A DNA stretch of 64,000 nucleotides, taken from assembly GCA_963749655.1 (NCBI GenBank), contig CAVVOB010000028.1, positions 32,001 through 96,000 of the forward strand, given 5' to 3'. Positions 53,547 to 64,000 of the stretch are shown here, piece after piece. The notes beneath the pieces are model-generated. The model was not told where the DNA came from. It made no database searches and worked only from the letters and a program-made list of their open reading frames with translations. This DNA comes from Nitrospirota bacterium. Lineage in GTDB: Bacteria; Nitrospirota; UBA9217. Position 1 is the first letter of the stretch; the number at the start of each line of letters is the position of its first letter. Made by a program: the position numbers and the translations under genes.

Positions 53547-53895
53547 GGTTCGCTCCTGACAGCGCGGCCCAGATGCAGGACTGGTCGCAATCGAGCTTGC
53601 ACCCCTTGACGCGGGAATAGCCTGCCGCGTCCGCGACCTTCATGAGCTCTTCCGGCGCGTCGCCCTCGACGACGATCCGCTTCTTCAGACGGACGGCGCT
53701 TCGATGGGCCGAGCAGATCAGCTGCAGACAGGAAAGGTCCGCGTCATGCACATTGTCAAACCTGACCGACACGTCGTCCGCCTCCACAAGCGCCCTGAGG
53801 AAGGCTTTTTTCATGGCCTCCGCATGGGGCAGGGTCAGGTCGCTGTCGAGAACAACCGTTCGCTTGCTTCCGGATTCTTTCACCGTGGCGCCCAT
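53539..53895 (-). CDS. STAS domain protein
   Basis: DLTLPHAEAMKKAFL...DADLSCLQLICSAHRSA; C-terminal GC..C...CIW; directly upstream of cheA. Confidence 0.85.
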   Translation of the reverse strand: MGATVKESGSKRTVVLDSDLTLPHAEAMKKAFLRALVEADDVSVRFDNVHDADLSCLQLICSAHRSAVRLKKRIVVEGDAPEELMKVADAAGYSRVKGCKLDCDQSCIWAALSGANHG

Positions 53896-54032
53896 AAGTC
53901 CCTCCGATTCGTCAAAAGGTGTCAGTTGCAGCAACCGATCCAGAGAACAGCTGCCAATTCTTTTGCCGGCACAAAAGCAGATGCCGGGCTTGCGTGATTT
54001 CCGGAAAAAAGGTGTTTGAATAGTACAATAAA

Positions 54033-54048
54033 TGCAAGTATGGTGCCT
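54033..54048 (-). promoter_or_regulatory. Sigma54 -24/-12 promoter for STAS-cheA
   Basis: AGGCACCATACTTGCA (GG-N10-GC) with an AT-rich upstream region. Confidence 0.75.
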
Positions 54049-54213
54049 TGATTACATATTGGATATATATGATAAAAACAACATGTTACCCATACATACA
54101 ATAACCGGTGCCTGAAAACACTACAGCCTCAGGGAATAAAAAAGCAAATTCCGTCATACATTCGCCCTGCTTCCTCCGCATTTCTTCCCCTCGAATCTCC
54201 TTAAGCTTTACCC

Positions 54214-54579
54214 CTACTTCACGAACTTCTTGACCACATCGAGAAGCTGCTCGGGCTGGAAGGGTTTCACGATCCAGCCGCTCGCCCCGGCCTGCTTGCC
54301 TTCCTGTTTCTTGGCCTCCTGCGACTCCGTGGTCAGCATGATAATAGGCGCAAACTTGTAGTCCGGCATGCTCCGGAGCTTTTTTATGAGCTCGATGCCG
54401 TCCATTTCCGGCATGTTCAGGTCGGTGATCACCATGTCGACCTTGCCTCCGCCCAGCTTTCCCAAAGCGTCCTTCCCGTTCTCCGCCGCGACAACGTCGA
54501 AGCCCGCGTCCCTGATCGTAAAGGACACAAGCTGTCTCATGGATGCGGAATCGTCCACCACAAGAAATTTCTTCGGCAT
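54214..54579 (-). CDS. cheY: CheY response regulator
   Basis: LVVDDSASMR; ITDLNMPEMDG; MLTTES; GASGWIVKPF. Confidence 0.94.
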   Translation of the reverse strand: MPKKFLVVDDSASMRQLVSFTIRDAGFDVVAAENGKDALGKLGGGKVDMVITDLNMPEMDGIELIKKLRSMPDYKFAPIIMLTTESQEAKKQEGKQAGASGWIVKPFQPEQLLDVVKKFVK

Positions 54580-54598
54580 GATGCTTCCTCCCGTTCGG

Positions 54599-55420
54599 CT
54601 ATTTTTCGTTGAGCGCCAGGAGCGTTTTTTTCATGGTCGCCCGTTCGGACTCCATGGTGTACATCTGTTCGAGCCGGTCGGCCCGCCCATTCCCCCCGCT
54701 CCCGCTGATCCTTTCGTTCATGCTCCGCAGGCGCTCCAGCAGGTCCTCGGTCTCCTGCTGGAACTTCGCCAGCCGTTCGATGACGCGGTCGATCCGCTGA
54801 CGGGTGATGTCCTGGAACTGCATGGATATGATGATGCCGCTGATGTCGCGGGCCAGGGCCTCGTTCTCCGTCTTGAGGGTTTCGAGCTTGTTCTTCGCCC
54901 CGAGCATCATGCCGTCGAGGGCGGCCAGGGCTTCCTCCACGGACCTGCCGGTATCCGGGGACTGCGACCTGCTCTCAGCTGCGCTCTTTTCCGTTTTCTG
55001 CGTGATGGGGCCCATGACCGCTTCTGCGGCGTTCTCGGCCTGTTTGCGGGCGCGATTTGCGATGGCCATGAACTTCTCGCACATGTCGAGCGTCGCCTGC
55101 TCTGTCTGCCGGGTCACTTCCTTCAACTGGTTCGTCAGGACCGGCGTTATCTGCACATTCGAGCTCAGATGCGAAATAAGGGGTCCAATGACTTCACGGA
55201 GGGCGTCGACTTCCCGCTCATGCTCCCGTGCATGGGCCTCTTCGAGGGATTCATGGTATTTCCTGAGGACGATACTGACAAGAAAGAGGGCCGCGCCGCA
55301 GCACAGGACAGCTGCTGCCGCCCGTAATGTCCCGTTGCCGATAAGGGACGGCACCCCCGCCAGCAGCAGCAGGATGCCTATCTTCGTTTTCTCATTCCAT
55401 GCAGTCAACAGTTTCAACAT
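54599..55420 (-). CDS. Two-TM MCP-like coiled-coil protein lacking the signalling tip, with a CheZ-like QFQDITRQR motif
   Basis: Two TMs; QLKEVTRQTEQAT; SMQFQDITRQRIDRV; YTMESER; no [14 protein letters not shown]. Confidence 0.75.
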   Translation of the reverse strand: MLKLLTAWNEKTKIGILLLLAGVPSLIGNGTLRAAAAVLCCGAALFLVSIVLRKYHESLEEAHAREHEREVDALREVIGPLISHLSSNVQITPVLTNQLKEVTRQTEQATLDMCEKFMAIANRARKQAENAAEAVMGPITQKTEKSAAESRSQSPDTGRSVEEALAALDGMMLGAKNKLETLKTENEALARDISGIIISMQFQDITRQRIDRVIERLAKFQQETEDLLERLRSMNERISGSGGNGRADRLEQMYTMESERATMKKTLLALNEK

Positions 55421-55489
55421 ACGGTTCCCGGTCGATCTGCCCCAATAAGAGATATCATAGCGAAAAAAACTGCATCCCACCCCGTTTAC

Positions 55490-55517
55490 TTATCGGTATA
55501 AAGGGCTCCAAACTTTA
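55490..55517 (-). promoter_or_regulatory. Sigma28 (FliA) promoter
   Basis: TAAAGTTT-N12-ACCGATAA (enteric consensus TAAAGTTT-N11-GCCGATAA) upstream of the MCP-like gene and cheY. Confidence 0.7.
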
Positions 55518-55949
55518 CCGCGAATATGCGCTTTTATGCTGCCTCCCCCAAGATTGCTGAGGCGCAGAAGAGGCATGCAGCGCTATCCGGATCTTTCGGC
55601 TGATGTCCTGAAGTAGTATCTTTTCGCCAGGTCCGCGCCGGCGGCAGCTGCGCAGAGGAGCAGCAAGGGCCTCCGCCTGTTCCGGCTTCTCGTGCTCTGC
55701 GCCGGATGGGGATGCGACATAAAGCACCGGCATGCGGGGATTTCGTTTCCGCAGCGCCTCCAGATGATCCTCGCCGGCCGTGATCGGCAGGCATGCGATC
55801 ACAATATCGACAGCGGCCCCCATCTCAAGGATCGTCTGCATTTCAATGCCATTCGATGCGCCGATGACCTGATAACCTTTCGCCCGCAGGAGCGTCGTCA
55901 GAGGTGCGTCTGCCGGTGCATCCTGTCCGATCACTAATATCGTTTTCAT
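55515..55949 (-). CDS. Degenerate stand-alone receiver-like protein
   Basis: MKTILVIGQD...GYQVIGASNG...VDIVIAC (no phosphoacceptor Asp)...PRMPVLYV; AGGAGG RBS. Confidence 0.7.
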   Translation of the reverse strand: MKTILVIGQDAPADAPLTTLLRAKGYQVIGASNGIEMQTILEMGAAVDIVIACLPITAGEDHLEALRKRNPRMPVLYVASPSGAEHEKPEQAEALAAPLRSCRRRGPGEKILLQDISRKIRIALHASSAPQQSWGRQHKSAYSR

Positions 55950-56083
55950 GGTCCTCCTGCGTCAACTGAATGGTCTCAAAAAAGAAAAACTATCCCTGCC
56001 AAAGCACCTGAGGGATTGAACCAGATTCTTGTTTTTTCAAAAAGGTGATTACAAAGACAGGGCGCTGTACCAGGAAAGATTAC

Positions 56084-56099
56084 TGCAAGAGAAATGCCT
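56084..56099 (-). promoter_or_regulatory. Sigma54 -24/-12 promoter
   Basis: AGGCATTTCTCTTGCA (GG-N10-GC); IHF-like ATTCAACTTGTTG just upstream. Confidence 0.72.
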
Positions 56100-56539
56100 C
56101 TTTAATAATTCTTTATAATTCAACTTGTTGCAATGTAGCTCAATTAAGCATGCGACCGAATATCGTGCAGCAGATAAACCTTATATTATATTAATACATT
56201 GAATTATTTAACTATTAGACAAGGTTACCTCTGGCGCCATTTTTTTGTCACACCAATTACCTTTGCTACAGGCCTTGGCGCCGTTGGACAAAAAGCGGCC
56301 TCAAACAGGGGATTCCCGGTTCTCTGTTCTGGGAAAGAGTGGAAAGGGTCAACAGGCGGAGGACCGCATCAGGCTCTGCGAACAGACTGATGAGACCGGT
56401 TTCGCGTTTTAAGGAGACCGGATTTAAAAGGATTGTCAGGATACAGACATTGACGAGAAATCGGCGGTAAAGTGAGGCTTTCCGGCAGTGCATGGAGCAT
56501 GGCGCAAAGGGGAGAGTCTCTCTCTCTCTGCTCTCTGCG

Positions 56540-58000
<1,461 letters not shown>

Positions 58001-58125
58001 ACCGGACACGCGTTCTTCTGCCGGCCTCGCCACATCCGGCCGCAGACCTGTTCCAGGAGGGATCTGCGCCTGCGGGGGAACGGCAGTGTACTGGCTTGGT
58101 AAACATAACAGAATAATGCCATGCT

Positions 58126-58231
58126 GTCAACACATTGACAGGAGGAGGGCCTGAATCGTACCGCGCCTGAAGACCTGTCTATTAAGTGTCACGTCTATGG
58201 TCAGGAGTACTTCAAGCGTCATTCTTTTGAC
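58126..58231. promoter_or_regulatory. Two FleQ-box-like palindromes (GTCA-N6-TGAC)
   Basis: GTCAACACATTGAC (58126-58139) and GTCATTCTTTTGAC (58218-58231) between the activator and flhG. A sigma54-like AGGCATAGTAATTGAA is at 58275-58290. Confidence 0.55.
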
Positions 58232-58380
58232 AGCCTTGAAAGGTGGCTAGTACATTTTTTCAATGAGATGGCTCAGGCATAGTAATTGAAGGAACTTGAC
58301 AATGTAATCATGCGGGCAGCCGCAAACTTGGAAGGGCCATAAAAGTCAGGTTGCGGACCCAGCACTTTTTCCTGTAAGGA

Positions 58381-59235
58381 ATGTCAACAATGACTGCCGT
58401 GTCAGCAAAAACGACGCAGTACATCAAAACCATAGCCGTTGCGGGCTGTAAGGGCAGCCTCGTCAAAAACAATCTGACCGCGAACCTCGCCATTGCTCTC
58501 CACAAACTCGGCAAAAAGGTAATGGTTATTGACGGTGATCCGGGCATTTCGAACACTGATGTCCTCCTCCGCCTTGCGCCTCCAAGATACACCATCCAGC
58601 ACCTCCTGAACGGCGGCATAACGCTCGACGAACTCCTTGTCGATGGGCCTTACGGCATTAAGGTCCTCCCCGCGTGCTCCGGCTTCCAGAAACTCACCTG
58701 CCTTGATGAATTCCAACGGCTGAAGATTCTTGAAGCTTTCGACGCATACGACGGGGATATCGACATCCTGTTGATCGACACGGCGGCAGGCCTCTTCTCC
58801 GAGCACATGGCCTTCTTCTGTATTGCGGCCCAGGAGATCCTGGTCGTTACCTCGCCGGACCCTGTCGCGATCGCCGACGCTTGTGCACTTGTCAAAGTCC
58901 TGTATACACGATATCAGGAAAACGATTTTCATGTGCTCGTCGACTCCGCCTCGAGCGCCGATGAAGGCCTGGAGGCATTCCGGCGCCTTTCCCTGGCATC
59001 CGAAACGTTCCTCAACCTTTCACTCGACTATCTCGGGTATCTTCCGTTCGACCCGGCAGTGGAGGAAGCCGCGCGCGCGCAGCGAGCCTTCATTGACATG
59101 TATCCCGACCATGAGGTCTCGAAGCGTATCATGAAAATCGCCCGGGAACTTCAGGGCCGTACGAGCCGGGTCAAGGGTTCGCTTCAATTTTTTATCGGGA
59201 ATCTTCTATCCGCGTCAGCGGAGCCGGGCCGATAA
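58381..59235 (+). CDS. flhG: FlhG/FleN (MinD-like) protein with a degenerate P-loop
   Basis: IAVAGCKGSLVKNNLTANLA; VIDGD.G; LLIDTAAG; VVTSPDP.AIADA; YLG..P.D; upstream of fliA. Confidence 0.82.
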   Translation: MSTMTAVSAKTTQYIKTIAVAGCKGSLVKNNLTANLAIALHKLGKKVMVIDGDPGISNTDVLLRLAPPRYTIQHLLNGGITLDELLVDGPYGIKVLPACSGFQKLTCLDEFQRLKILEAFDAYDGDIDILLIDTAAGLFSEHMAFFCIAAQEILVVTSPDPVAIADACALVKVLYTRYQENDFHVLVDSASSADEGLEAFRRLSLASETFLNLSLDYLGYLPFDPAVEEAARAQRAFIDMYPDHEVSKRIMKIARELQGRTSRVKGSLQFFIGNLLSASAEPGR

Positions 59236-59313
59236 AGCCAAAAGGCATTCATCGGCGCCGGGAAACGGTCTGTCGTGTCACGCGGCGGAATCTTCATTTT
59301 CGAGGAGGCGATT

Positions 59314-60063
59314 ATGCTTGAGTGTAAAACAGAATTTACCGAGGAGGAAAAAGAGGAAATAATCAAAGGCAGTCTTTCGTTCATTAAGTACACGGCATAC
59401 CGCCTGGCGCAACGACTCCCTCCGCAGCTCTCCGTCGGCGATCTGATAAGCGTGGGGATCGTGGGGCTCCTGGACGCCCTGCAGCGGTACACCGAAGGGC
59501 GGGTGAAACTCGAAACCTTCGTGGAGCACCGCATCAGGGGGGCCATGCTGGACGAACTGCGTGCCCACGACTGGATGCCGCGCTCACTCAAGACAAAAAT
59601 CGGCCAGATCAGGAAAGCGCACCGGGAACTCGAAGGTGACCTGGGCCGGATGCCGAACGAGGAGGAGATCGCCGGGCGCCTCTCCATTTCTCTCGATGAA
59701 TATTACCGGACTATCCAGAGCGCGAGCAACGCCGTCGTTCTCAGCTTCGAGGACTTCCGCGACCGCATACACGAAGAGAGCGGCATGGATGTGATGGAAA
59801 GCATTGGGGACCCCGACATGAAGACCCCTCTTGAACTGCTGGAGGAGAGCAGCGCGCGCGAAGCGCTTGCTGGCGTCATTGCTCGACTGCCGGAAAAGGA
59901 AAAGCTTGTCCTCTCGCTTTATTACTGGGAGGAGCTGACCATGAAGGAAATCGGCAGGATCATGAACCTGACCGAAGGGCGAGTGTGCCAGCTCCACACC
60001 CAGGCGCTCATCAGGATGAAAACGCACATGGGTTCGCCGGAGGAGTCCCTCCGGAAGTTTTAA
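59314..60063 (+). CDS. fliA: Sigma28 factor FliA
   Basis: DLISVGIVGLLDA; RIRGAMLDELRAHDWMPRS; LSLYYWEELTMKEIG..LTEGRVCQLH. Confidence 0.94.
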   Translation: MLECKTEFTEEEKEEIIKGSLSFIKYTAYRLAQRLPPQLSVGDLISVGIVGLLDALQRYTEGRVKLETFVEHRIRGAMLDELRAHDWMPRSLKTKIGQIRKAHRELEGDLGRMPNEEEIAGRLSISLDEYYRTIQSASNAVVLSFEDFRDRIHEESGMDVMESIGDPDMKTPLELLEESSAREALAGVIARLPEKEKLVLSLYYWEELTMKEIGRIMNLTEGRVCQLHTQALIRMKTHMGSPEESLRKF

Positions 60064-60417
60064 CCGCTCCTCAAGCGCGGGATCGGGCGGATGGCCGCGC
60101 TGGCACGCGACTCCGCGGCGCCGCACACCGGAGAAAACGCGGCGTGCGCCGAAACATTTTGCGCCGAGCTGAAGCAGGTTGTCGATATGCGGCGCATCTC
60201 GTGACTGAAAACAGAGCACGGAAGAGCTCGATCGCGGCGAAGCACGCACCATGCATCGCCGATGCCGCCCGGGAGGCTCCGAGACGGGTGCGCCTGCCCG
60301 TCTTGATGACAGAAGACTTCCGGGGTTCGCGCTCGTGCCGGCCGTTTTCCTGTTGTCTTTTTTCCCGCTGCCGCATTACAATATGTATGGCCTGATATCA
60401 CGAGTTGGAGGACTATT

Positions 60418-61251
60418 GTGATTGCAAGAAGACCTCATATCCTCTCCCTTCTGTTTATTTTATCGTTGCTCCTGCTCTTCCCCGCCCTTTCCTCCGCACA
60501 GTCCCTGACCGGAAGCGGCTGCTCCGTAAGCGTTCCGGGCTACCTGAAGGACCTGGCCAGGGCTTACGAGAAGGAAACCGGCGTCGCGGTCCTCGTGCTC
60601 GGCGGAGGCAGCATCAGGGGCCTCCAGGACCTGGCGGAGGGAAGAACGGATTTCGCCGCGTCCTGCCAGTCCAAGACGGCCGAGGACCCGGAGGACTTCG
60701 AATACCTGACGGCGACCTGGGACGCGCTCGTGTTCATCGTGCATAAGGCGAATCCCGTCAATTCGATCTCGCCGCAGCAGGTAAGGGACATCTACGAGGG
60801 CCGGATCAACAACTGGAAACAGCTCGGCGGACGTGACCTGAACCTTATCTCGGTCATCACGACGACCAAGGGCTTCGGCGGCATCGGTGAAGCGCTCGAA
60901 AAATATATCCTCGAAGGAAAACGCCCCCTGCCTCAGAAAAATTCGACCATGCAGGCCTCGTCGGTAGCCATCTGGGAGCAGCTGGTCGAGGACATGCCCG
61001 AAGCGTTCGCCAGCAGCGGTTTCGGCAGCGCCCGCAAACGCAACGTGAAGATGCTGGCGGTGAACGGCGTTTTGCCCACGAAGGCGAACATCATCTCGGG
61101 GAAGTATCCCTTTCGCAGGCCGCTGTTCCTTGTCGTGAAAAAGCACGCCCGTCCCGAGGTAAAAAGATTCGTGGATTTCGTGATGAGCCCGAAGGGCCAG
61201 AAGATCATTTCCTCCCTCGGCATGCCGTCGCTGACAGACATGAAAAGATGA
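60418..61251 (+). CDS. PstS-like (PBP2) exported substrate-binding protein
   Basis: Signal peptide; GGGSIRG; WDALVFIVHKANPV; VNGVLPTKANIISGKYPFRRPLF; ATGA overlap with the kinase. Confidence 0.88.
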   Translation: MIARRPHILSLLFILSLLLLFPALSSAQSLTGSGCSVSVPGYLKDLARAYEKETGVAVLVLGGGSIRGLQDLAEGRTDFAASCQSKTAEDPEDFEYLTATWDALVFIVHKANPVNSISPQQVRDIYEGRINNWKQLGGRDLNLISVITTTKGFGGIGEALEKYILEGKRPLPQKNSTMQASSVAIWEQLVEDMPEAFASSGFGSARKRNVKMLAVNGVLPTKANIISGKYPFRRPLFLVVKKHARPEVKRFVDFVMSPKGQKIISSLGMPSLTDMKR

Positions 61252-63506
61252 GCATATCCCTCAGGACAAAAGTAACGGCGTTCACCGCCGCCATCGTGGT
61301 CACGGCAAGCCTGATGAGCGCCGCCCTTACCATCTCTGCTCAGAAGAAGAGCATCGAGCGGGAGGTCGTGGCGAGGGGCTCGGCCCTGGCCGAGGCGCTC
61401 GCGCGCTCGGTGGACGAAGGGCTCGCCGCGGAAAATCTGAACCTGATCAAGAATGTCGAGGATGTGGTCCACACGAATGACGTCGTCCTTGCGCAGGTAT
61501 TCTCTTCGCTGTGGCTCGGCGTGGCGTCCGTGCCCCAGGAGAAACTGAATACCCTGCCCGATCCCGTTGCGGTGGAGCACTACCGAATCTCGCAAAAAAA
61601 CGAGCACGACATTTTTTCCATCGATACGGGTCCCTTTATCGACGTCTATTCCCCCGTGCTCCTGGAGTCCCATGACGCCCGTATCCCGCCCCTGTTCATC
61701 GGATACGTCCGGCTCTGGGTCTCGACCGCAGAGGTCAGGAAAGCCGTCACCCGTTCGATCATCGTCAATGCGCTGGCAACAGCCCTGCTGACGCTGTTCG
61801 CGGTCATTGCCCTGAACGTTCTTATCGGAAAATACGTTCTGAGGCCGGTGCTCAATCTCCACAATTCCGTGGCCAGACACAAAAAAGGCGAGTTTCCCGC
61901 GACCGTGCCCGTAACAACGGACGACGAGATCGGCGAGCTGTCCGCCGAATTCAATGAAATGAGCCGAACGCTCCAGGAGCGGGAGGAAAAGCTCGCCGAG
62001 GAAAAGGAGCTCCTTTCCGTCACGCTTCGCAGCATCGGCGACGCGGTCATTGTGACCGATGTCGACGGCACGATCACCCTGCTCAACAAGGTGGCCGAGC
62101 AGCTGACGGGCTGGACGTCCGAGGAGGCGGGGGGCAGGCCTCTCGGCGAGGTCTTTCACATCATCAACGAGAAGACGCGCCAGCGCTGCGACCATCCCGT
62201 GCAGAAGGTCATTGCCACCGGCCTCATTTGCGGACTTGCGAACCATACCGCGCTGATCCGGAAGGACGGCGCGGAGAAGATCATCGAGGACAGCGCCGCC
62301 CCGATCCGGGACCGGATGAGCAGGATCGTCGGCGTCGTGCTCGTGTTCCGCGATACGACGGACAAGAAGCGGATGGAGGAGGAGCTGCTCAAAGCGGAAA
62401 AGTTGCAGTCCGTGGGCGTGCTTGCCGGCGGCCTGGCCCACGATTTCAACAACCTTCTGACCGCCATTCTCGGCAACATCAGCATGGCCAGGATGTACAT
62501 CGACTCCCGCAGCAAGGCTTCTCATCGTCTGACCGATGCGGAAGCCGCGTCGCGAAGGGCCACGGAGCTGACCCATCAGCTGCTCACCTTTGCCAAGGGC
62601 GGCGCCCCGGTGAGACAGGCGGTGTCGATCGGGGACATTGTCAGGGAGGCGGCGAACTTTGCGCTTCACGGAACACCCGTTCTGTCGGAGTTCAGTTTGC
62701 CGGAAGGACTCTGGACCGTGGAGGTCGATGCGGGCCAGATGAGCCAGGTCTTCCACAACCTGATCATCAACGCCGTCCAGGCCATGCCGAAAGGCGGCAC
62801 GGTTTTCTTCACGGCGGAAAACGTCGCTCTTGCCGACAACGATGTTCCGACGCTCGATGCGGGAAACTACGTAAGGATCGTTGTCCGTGATACGGGCCCG
62901 GGGATTCCCGAGGAACACCGGCCGCGGATCTTCGAGCCGTATTTCACCACGAAGCAGCAGGGGAGCGGCCTCGGCCTTGCCTCGGTCTACTCGATCGTGA
63001 AGAAGCATGACGGACACATTACCGTCTCTTCCGATCTGTCGTCGGGTACGACGTTCGAAATCTATTTGCCCGCCCTACGGAACGAAGCGGCCTCTCTGCC
63101 CGTGGAGCCCGACCTGGTGACCCGCGGCAGGGGCAAGATCCTCATCATGGACGACGAAAAGATCGTACGTGAATTGTCCGGTGAAATGCTCCGGGCGCTC
63201 GGCTATGACGTGGAATTTGCGGGGAACGGCGCCGAGGCGCTAGAACGCTACCGGCGGGCGCTTGAGGAGAAGAGCCCCTTCCACGCCGTCATCATGGACC
63301 TGACGATACCGGGCGGCATGGGGGGAAAAGAAACTATACAGAAACTCCGGGAGCTCGATCCCGAGGTCAGGGCCATCGTCTCGAGCGGCTACTCCAATGA
63401 CCCGATCATGGCCGAGTACCGGAAGTACGGGTTCCGGGGCGTGATCGTAAAACCCTACAACATCGTCCACTTCAGCAGGACCATCAGCGACGTGCTTGCG
63501 GGGTGA
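61248..63506 (+). CDS. Membrane hybrid histidine kinase (HAMP, PAS, HisKA, HATPase, REC)
   Basis: Two TMs; [11 protein letters not shown]; [10 protein letters not shown]; [13 protein letters not shown]; [13 protein letters not shown]; [12 protein letters not shown]. Confidence 0.95.
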   Translation: MSISLRTKVTAFTAAIVVTASLMSAALTISAQKKSIEREVVARGSALAEALARSVDEGLAAENLNLIKNVEDVVHTNDVVLAQVFSSLWLGVASVPQEKLNTLPDPVAVEHYRISQKNEHDIFSIDTGPFIDVYSPVLLESHDARIPPLFIGYVRLWVSTAEVRKAVTRSIIVNALATALLTLFAVIALNVLIGKYVLRPVLNLHNSVARHKKGEFPATVPVTTDDEIGELSAEFNEMSRTLQEREEKLAEEKELLSVTLRSIGDAVIVTDVDGTITLLNKVAEQLTGWTSEEAGGRPLGEVFHIINEKTRQRCDHPVQKVIATGLICGLANHTALIRKDGAEKIIEDSAAPIRDRMSRIVGVVLVFRDTTDKKRMEEELLKAEKLQSVGVLAGGLAHDFNNLLTAILGNISMARMYIDSRSKASHRLTDAEAASRRATELTHQLLTFAKGGAPVRQAVSIGDIVREAANFALHGTPVLSEFSLPEGLWTVEVDAGQMSQVFHNLIINAVQAMPKGGTVFFTAENVALADNDVPTLDAGNYVRIVVRDTGPGIPEEHRPRIFEPYFTTKQQGSGLGLASVYSIVKKHDGHITVSSDLSSGTTFEIYLPALRNEAASLPVEPDLVTRGRGKILIMDDEKIVRELSGEMLRALGYDVEFAGNGAEALERYRRALEEKSPFHAVIMDLTIPGGMGGKETIQKLRELDPEVRAIVSSGYSNDPIMAEYRKYGFRGVIVKPYNIVHFSRTISDVLAG

Positions 63507-63588
63507 AACTGCCGAATCGGACAGATTTCTCACCGGCTTCCTGCCGCGGGAATGCGTCGCAATCAAAGTTATCCAATCGCTGGAAGAC

Positions 63589-63627
63589 AAAAAAACAGCG
63601 GTGATTTTCCGGATCACCGCTGTTTTG
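63589..63627. terminator. Bidirectional intrinsic terminator
   Basis: AAAACAGCGGTGAT-tttccgg-ATCACCGCTGTTTT between convergent genes. Confidence 0.85.
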
Positions 63628-63668
63628 GCTTTTCCTTCTGCACGCGAGGTCTTCACGGGGGAACATTC

Positions 63669-64000
63669 CTACTTCGTCTTCATCACGCACACGCCGTCCC
63701 AGTCCGGGGGCAGGTCGGCATCCCGAAGTTCCTTGATCCGCTCCAGAAAAACATTTGCCGGACCGTCCTGGGGAAGGACCTCGCGGGTCTTTTGAAAATA
63801 GGACTCCGCCGCGTCCCAGTCCCGGCACATGTATGCCTTGAGGCCTGCTTCGAACAGTTCGGCTCCCTCGCGCAGGCTGCCGCCGGCGTCCTTGTGTCCC
63901 ATGAGCTCGTAGATCTTGATCGGGACGTTCTTGCCCTTCACCTTGATGACGTCGAGCTGCCGCAGGATGAATTCCTGCTTGATCTCTTCATAGGTGAACT
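63669..64000 (-). CDS. Class III adenylate/guanylate cyclase, C-terminal end (partial)
   Basis: FTYEKIKQEFILRQLDVIKVKGKNVPIKIYEL...FEAGLKAY...WDAA...DWDGV...KTK, the usual tail of CHASE2-type cyclases. Confidence 0.85.
   Translation of the reverse strand, partial: FTYEEIKQEFILRQLDVIKVKGKNVPIKIYELMGHKDAGGSLREGAELFEAGLKAYMCRDWDAAESYFQKTREVLPQDGPANVFLERIKELRDADLPPDWDGVCVMKTK

Noticed and set aside
56385-56430. CTGATGAG resembling a hammerhead ribozyme core
   Set aside because: No stem II followed by GAAA and no convincing stems I or III.
59229-59236. GCCGATAA at the flhG stop as a sigma28 -10
   Set aside because: No TAAA -35 element at a suitable spacing.
60064-60417. Small ORFs and GC-rich hairpins between fliA and the PBP gene
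   Set aside because: No motif, RBS or repeat support that I can defend.

Overview
GC-rich bacterial chromosome segment. Gene content suggests an anaerobic or microaerobic Nitrospirota/deltaproteobacteria-like organism (inference only). From left to right: (1) the edge of an integrative element, with a P4-type tyrosine integrase beside the 3' end of tmRNA (tag ANNELAYAA); (2) a minus-strand housekeeping run (radical SAM, pgeF, yggS, proC, yggT, divIVA, yggU); (3) a multi-PAS hybrid kinase; (4) def-fmt-DUF116-rsmB-PASTA-rpe followed by a Re-citrate-synthase-like enzyme with a C-terminal Cache domain; (5) a large SgmX-like TPR protein and glnB-glnA; (6) a broken methyltransferase/amidinotransferase pair; (7) a heme-c/Cys-rich GAF sensor kinase with a sigma54 regulator; (8) a tungstate/molybdate block (three tupA paralogues, tupBC, TauE, LysR, moaAC) with PPi-dependent PFK; (9) a chemotaxis cluster with a FleQ-like activator, a degenerate flhG and fliA; (10) a PBP-kinase pair and the 3' end of an adenylate/guanylate cyclase. 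Many genes, including housekeeping ones, carry indels that look like assembly or consensus errors. The most unusual signal is intergenic. Several families of 7-, 9- and 10-mer inverted-arm repeat elements sit just after stop codons, and at up to four loci (glnB, fmt, yggS, cheB) the element is tandemly duplicated with what looks like a diverged copy of the upstream gene's last codons. No CRISPR array, rRNA or tRNA was seen.
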